The notes beneath the pieces were generated by a model. That model worked only from the letters and a program-made list of their open reading frames with translations. It did not search any database and had not been told where the DNA came from. This document shows, piece by piece, positions 29,916-32,000 of a DNA stretch of 32,000 nucleotides. This DNA is from Methanopyrus kandleri AV19 (GTDB lineage: Archaea; JAADCQ01; Methanopyri; Methanopyrales; Methanopyraceae): positions 420,001 to 452,000 of the forward strand of contig NC_003551.1 in assembly GCF_000007185.1 (NCBI RefSeq), written 5' to 3'. Both the position numbers and the translations under genes were made by a program. Within the stretch, counting starts at the first letter, position 1. Each line of letters starts with the position of its first letter.

Positions 29916-30531
29916 AAAATTAACGTTGGAGGAAGGGGAGTTCCTAGTTCGCCTTGCGCGGAAAGCAATCGTACATTACCTTGAGTCCGGCAAAAAGATC
30001 GAGGAAAAGCCTCCAACTCAACGACTCGCAGAAAAGCGCGGAGTCTTCGTCACGCTTAAGAAGTACCCGGACGACGAACTGAGAGGCTGCATCGGGTTTC
30101 CGGAACCCATCAAGCCCCTGGTGGAAGCCACCGTAGAGGCCGCAATCAGTGCGGCCACCGGCGATCCGCGGTTCCCGCCTATGCGCGACCCTTCGGAGAT
30201 GGAGGAGATCAAGATAGAGGTCAGCGTGTTAACACCACCTAAGAAACTGGAGGTCGATAACCCGAAAGAGTACGTCGAGAAAATCGAGATCGGAAGACAC
30301 GGTATCATAGTGCGCCGCGGAGCCCGATCGGGGCTCTTGCTGCCGCAGGTACCAGTGGAGGAAGGTTGGGACGAAATAGAGTTCCTGTCTCACGCCTGCC
30401 TGAAGGCGGGTTTACCACCGGACTGGTGGTGTTCTCCGGACTGCGAAATCTACGTGTTCGAAGCGCAGGTGTTCGAGGAAGAGGAGCCGGAAGGGCCGGT
30501 CCGGGAAAGGGATCTAGCCGAGGAGCAGTGA
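29908..30531 (+). CDS. AMMECR1 domain protein
   Basis: RGVFVTLKK...LRGCIGF...DPRFPP...HGIIV...GLLLPQV are AMMECR1 signatures. The GTG start overlaps the upstream gene by 8 nt. Confidence 0.85.
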   Translation: MGEKLTLEEGEFLVRLARKAIVHYLESGKKIEEKPPTQRLAEKRGVFVTLKKYPDDELRGCIGFPEPIKPLVEATVEAAISAATGDPRFPPMRDPSEMEEIKIEVSVLTPPKKLEVDNPKEYVEKIEIGRHGIIVRRGARSGLLLPQVPVEEGWDEIEFLSHACLKAGLPPDWWCSPDCEIYVFEAQVFEEEEPEGPVRERDLAEEQ

Positions 30532-31131
30532 ACCGCTGATCCGGAAGGCCTCGAAGGCTTCCGCGTACTTGACACCTATCTCCATCCCACGGAACTCCGC
30601 GGTCTTCATCACCATTTCCTCACTGATCGCCCCGCGTTCGACTTGGGAGCGGTGTACCCTGACAGCTTCCAGCTTCTTCTCCAGCACGTCGGTGACGTCG
30701 ACGTAAACTACGGGTTGAAACCCCACCGTGGAGGGTCCTTCCCCCATCAGCACGGTCACTTCGGGGAACTTGCTGACGGCCGATGTTACTATTCGAAACG
30801 TGCGGCGATGGTCTTGGTGCGTGTCATTGGGGGAGTGTGTGAACACAACGTCTGGCTCGAACTTCGAGATCAGTGCCCGGACGGCATCGATACTCTCGGG
30901 ATCGACGGAGATCCTGCCGTCTTCATGGTTCAAGAATTCGACTCGATCGACACCGAGACATTTGGCACCCTCGATGGCCTCACGCTCCCGGACCTCCTCG
31001 TCGCCGCCGTTGTTTCCCTTGCTCATTATTACTTCGATAACTCTGTGCCCCGCGGAGGAAAGCTTACGCACGGTCCCTCCACAATGAACTTCCATGTCGT
31101 CTGGGTGTGCAAATACCGTCATTACGATCAA
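30514..31131 (-). CDS. LmbE/PIG-L family N-acetylglucosaminyl deacetylase
   Basis: VFAHPDDMEV and HQDHRRT are the metal-binding motifs. The start is TTG 31131 (TTGA overlap with the GT2 stop) or ATG 31122. Confidence 0.8.
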   Translation of the reverse strand: MIVMTVFAHPDDMEVHCGGTVRKLSSAGHRVIEVIMSKGNNGGDEEVREREAIEGAKCLGVDRVEFLNHEDGRISVDPESIDAVRALISKFEPDVVFTHSPNDTHQDHRRTFRIVTSAVSKFPEVTVLMGEGPSTVGFQPVVYVDVTDVLEKKLEAVRVHRSQVERGAISEEMVMKTAEFRGMEIGVKYAEAFEAFRISGSLLLG

Positions 31132-32000
31132 TCATGATCGTCCCCCTCCGAGGCGCGAGTGGTCCTGTACCAAACGTTACCACGGATCGCAAGCCAGATC
31201 AGGCCGTACACGGCGGCCCATTCGACGAAGAACGTCCACATGAACTGACAGGGCATAACCGCGAGAGCCCAGAGTGGCCCTCTACGGTTCGAACATTCGA
31301 GTGCAGCAAGGACCGAGTAGATCATGCGACCGGCGAGAGAGATCAGTATCGTCCATGGATACACCAACGGGAGAATATAAGTGGTGAGGAACGACGCCAA
31401 GAGCGATCCCAGGACGAAGACGGCGAACCCTATTCCGGGAAGGTTCCGAGATCGAAGTGCCTCCGCACAGGCTTGGTACATCCCCGCCCACCAACGTGAC
31501 TGCTGGAAGAAGTTCTCCTTCAGGCTGGCCGGGTCGTCCATCCACACCTCCAAATCAGGTCGGTATACGAACCCGACCTTCCGCCACGTGTGGATAAGAC
31601 CGAGTGTGACGTCCTCCGCGAGATTTTCCGGAAGACCCTCTTCAAGGAGGAACGTCGCCTTGAACAAGGTGCCGGTGGTGAAAACGGGGGCTGACCCGAC
31701 GACGTTCCCCCAGAATGATATCCCAGAACTGACGACGTCGAACTGAAGCCCCACCATCAACCCTGTCAGGTTCCTTCCACAGTAGCGGATTCTACCGAAG
31801 GCTAGGGTAGCGTCCTCCTCGAGCAGCTCACGAATGTAGCGGTCGGAACCGAGCTCGTCCCCGGCGTCGATGAGGAATACGTAGTCGGCGCGGGCACTCA
31901 CGCGCTTCAGGGCGTTGTTAACCGTCTCACCCTTGACGTTGCCTCCCGCCTTCACCACTTCCACGATATCGTCGTCGGCGAACCGCCGCGAGAACCGTCT
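31128..32000 (-). CDS. Family 2 glycosyltransferase of the processive type with a C-terminal multi-TM region; N-terminus outside the window
   Basis: FLIDAGDE (DxD), LAEDVTLGL (ED) and QQSRWWAG (QxxRW), plus C-terminal TM helices. The frame stays open to nt 32000. Confidence 0.75.
   Translation of the reverse strand, partial: RRFSRRFADDDIVEVVKAGGNVKGETVNNALKRVSARADYVFLIDAGDELGSDRYIRELLEEDATLAFGRIRYCGRNLTGLMVGLQFDVVSSGISFWGNVVGSAPVFTTGTLFKATFLLEEGLPENLAEDVTLGLIHTWRKVGFVYRPDLEVWMDDPASLKENFFQQSRWWAGMYQACAEALRSRNLPGIGFAVFVLGSLLASFLTTYILPLVYPWTILISLAGRMIYSVLAALECSNRRGPLWALAVMPCQFMWTFFVEWAAVYGLIWLAIRGNVWYRTTRASEGDDHD

Overview
The window is gene-dense, about 60% GC and almost entirely coding, with acidic, charge-rich proteins. 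Its content points to a hyperthermophilic hydrogenotrophic methanogen, and my inference from recalled gene content is a Methanopyrus kandleri-like genome; no search was run. The core (5.9-16.6 kb, minus strand) is a complete energy-converting [NiFe] hydrogenase operon of the Eha type. It has twelve membrane subunits in the ehaA-L order and size pattern, then ehaM, a NuoB-like small subunit, a NiFe large subunit, four consecutive ferredoxin or polyferredoxin genes (4+8+4+6 = 22 CxxCxxCxxxCP motifs) and a terminal CBS-domain gene. Left of it lie an MBF1-type HTH gene end, a five-gene overlapping minus-strand cassette (hypothetical protein, SAM methyltransferase, MazG-like protein, FtsA/actin-fold ATPase, tail-anchored membrane protein), a small hypothetical gene, hflX and a wHTH gene. 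Right of it, diverging from ehaA, are a MoxR/CbbQ-type AAA+ ATPase and a 774-aa protein with a C-terminal vWA/MIDAS domain. These are followed by a lower-GC orphan gene, a small P-loop ATPase, and a minus-strand string of mptA, an HhH protein, lysA (apparent frameshift) and a radical-SAM enzyme flanked by two wHTH domains. Next come a Cdc48/VAT AAA+ ATPase interrupted by a 394-aa LAGLIDADG intein, a Mut7-C/PIN-like RNase gene in frame behind the cdc48 TGA, AMMECR1, an LmbE/PIG-L deacetylase and a processive-type GT2 glycosyltransferase that runs off the window. I found no rRNA, tRNA, CRISPR or transposon. The candidates most worth follow-up are the AAA+/vWA pair beside the hydrogenase with its orphan neighbours, the FtsA-like ATPase with its tail-anchored partner, the wHTH-radical SAM-wHTH protein, and the cdc48-TGA-Mut7-C junction. 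All functional calls come from reading motifs in the supplied translations.
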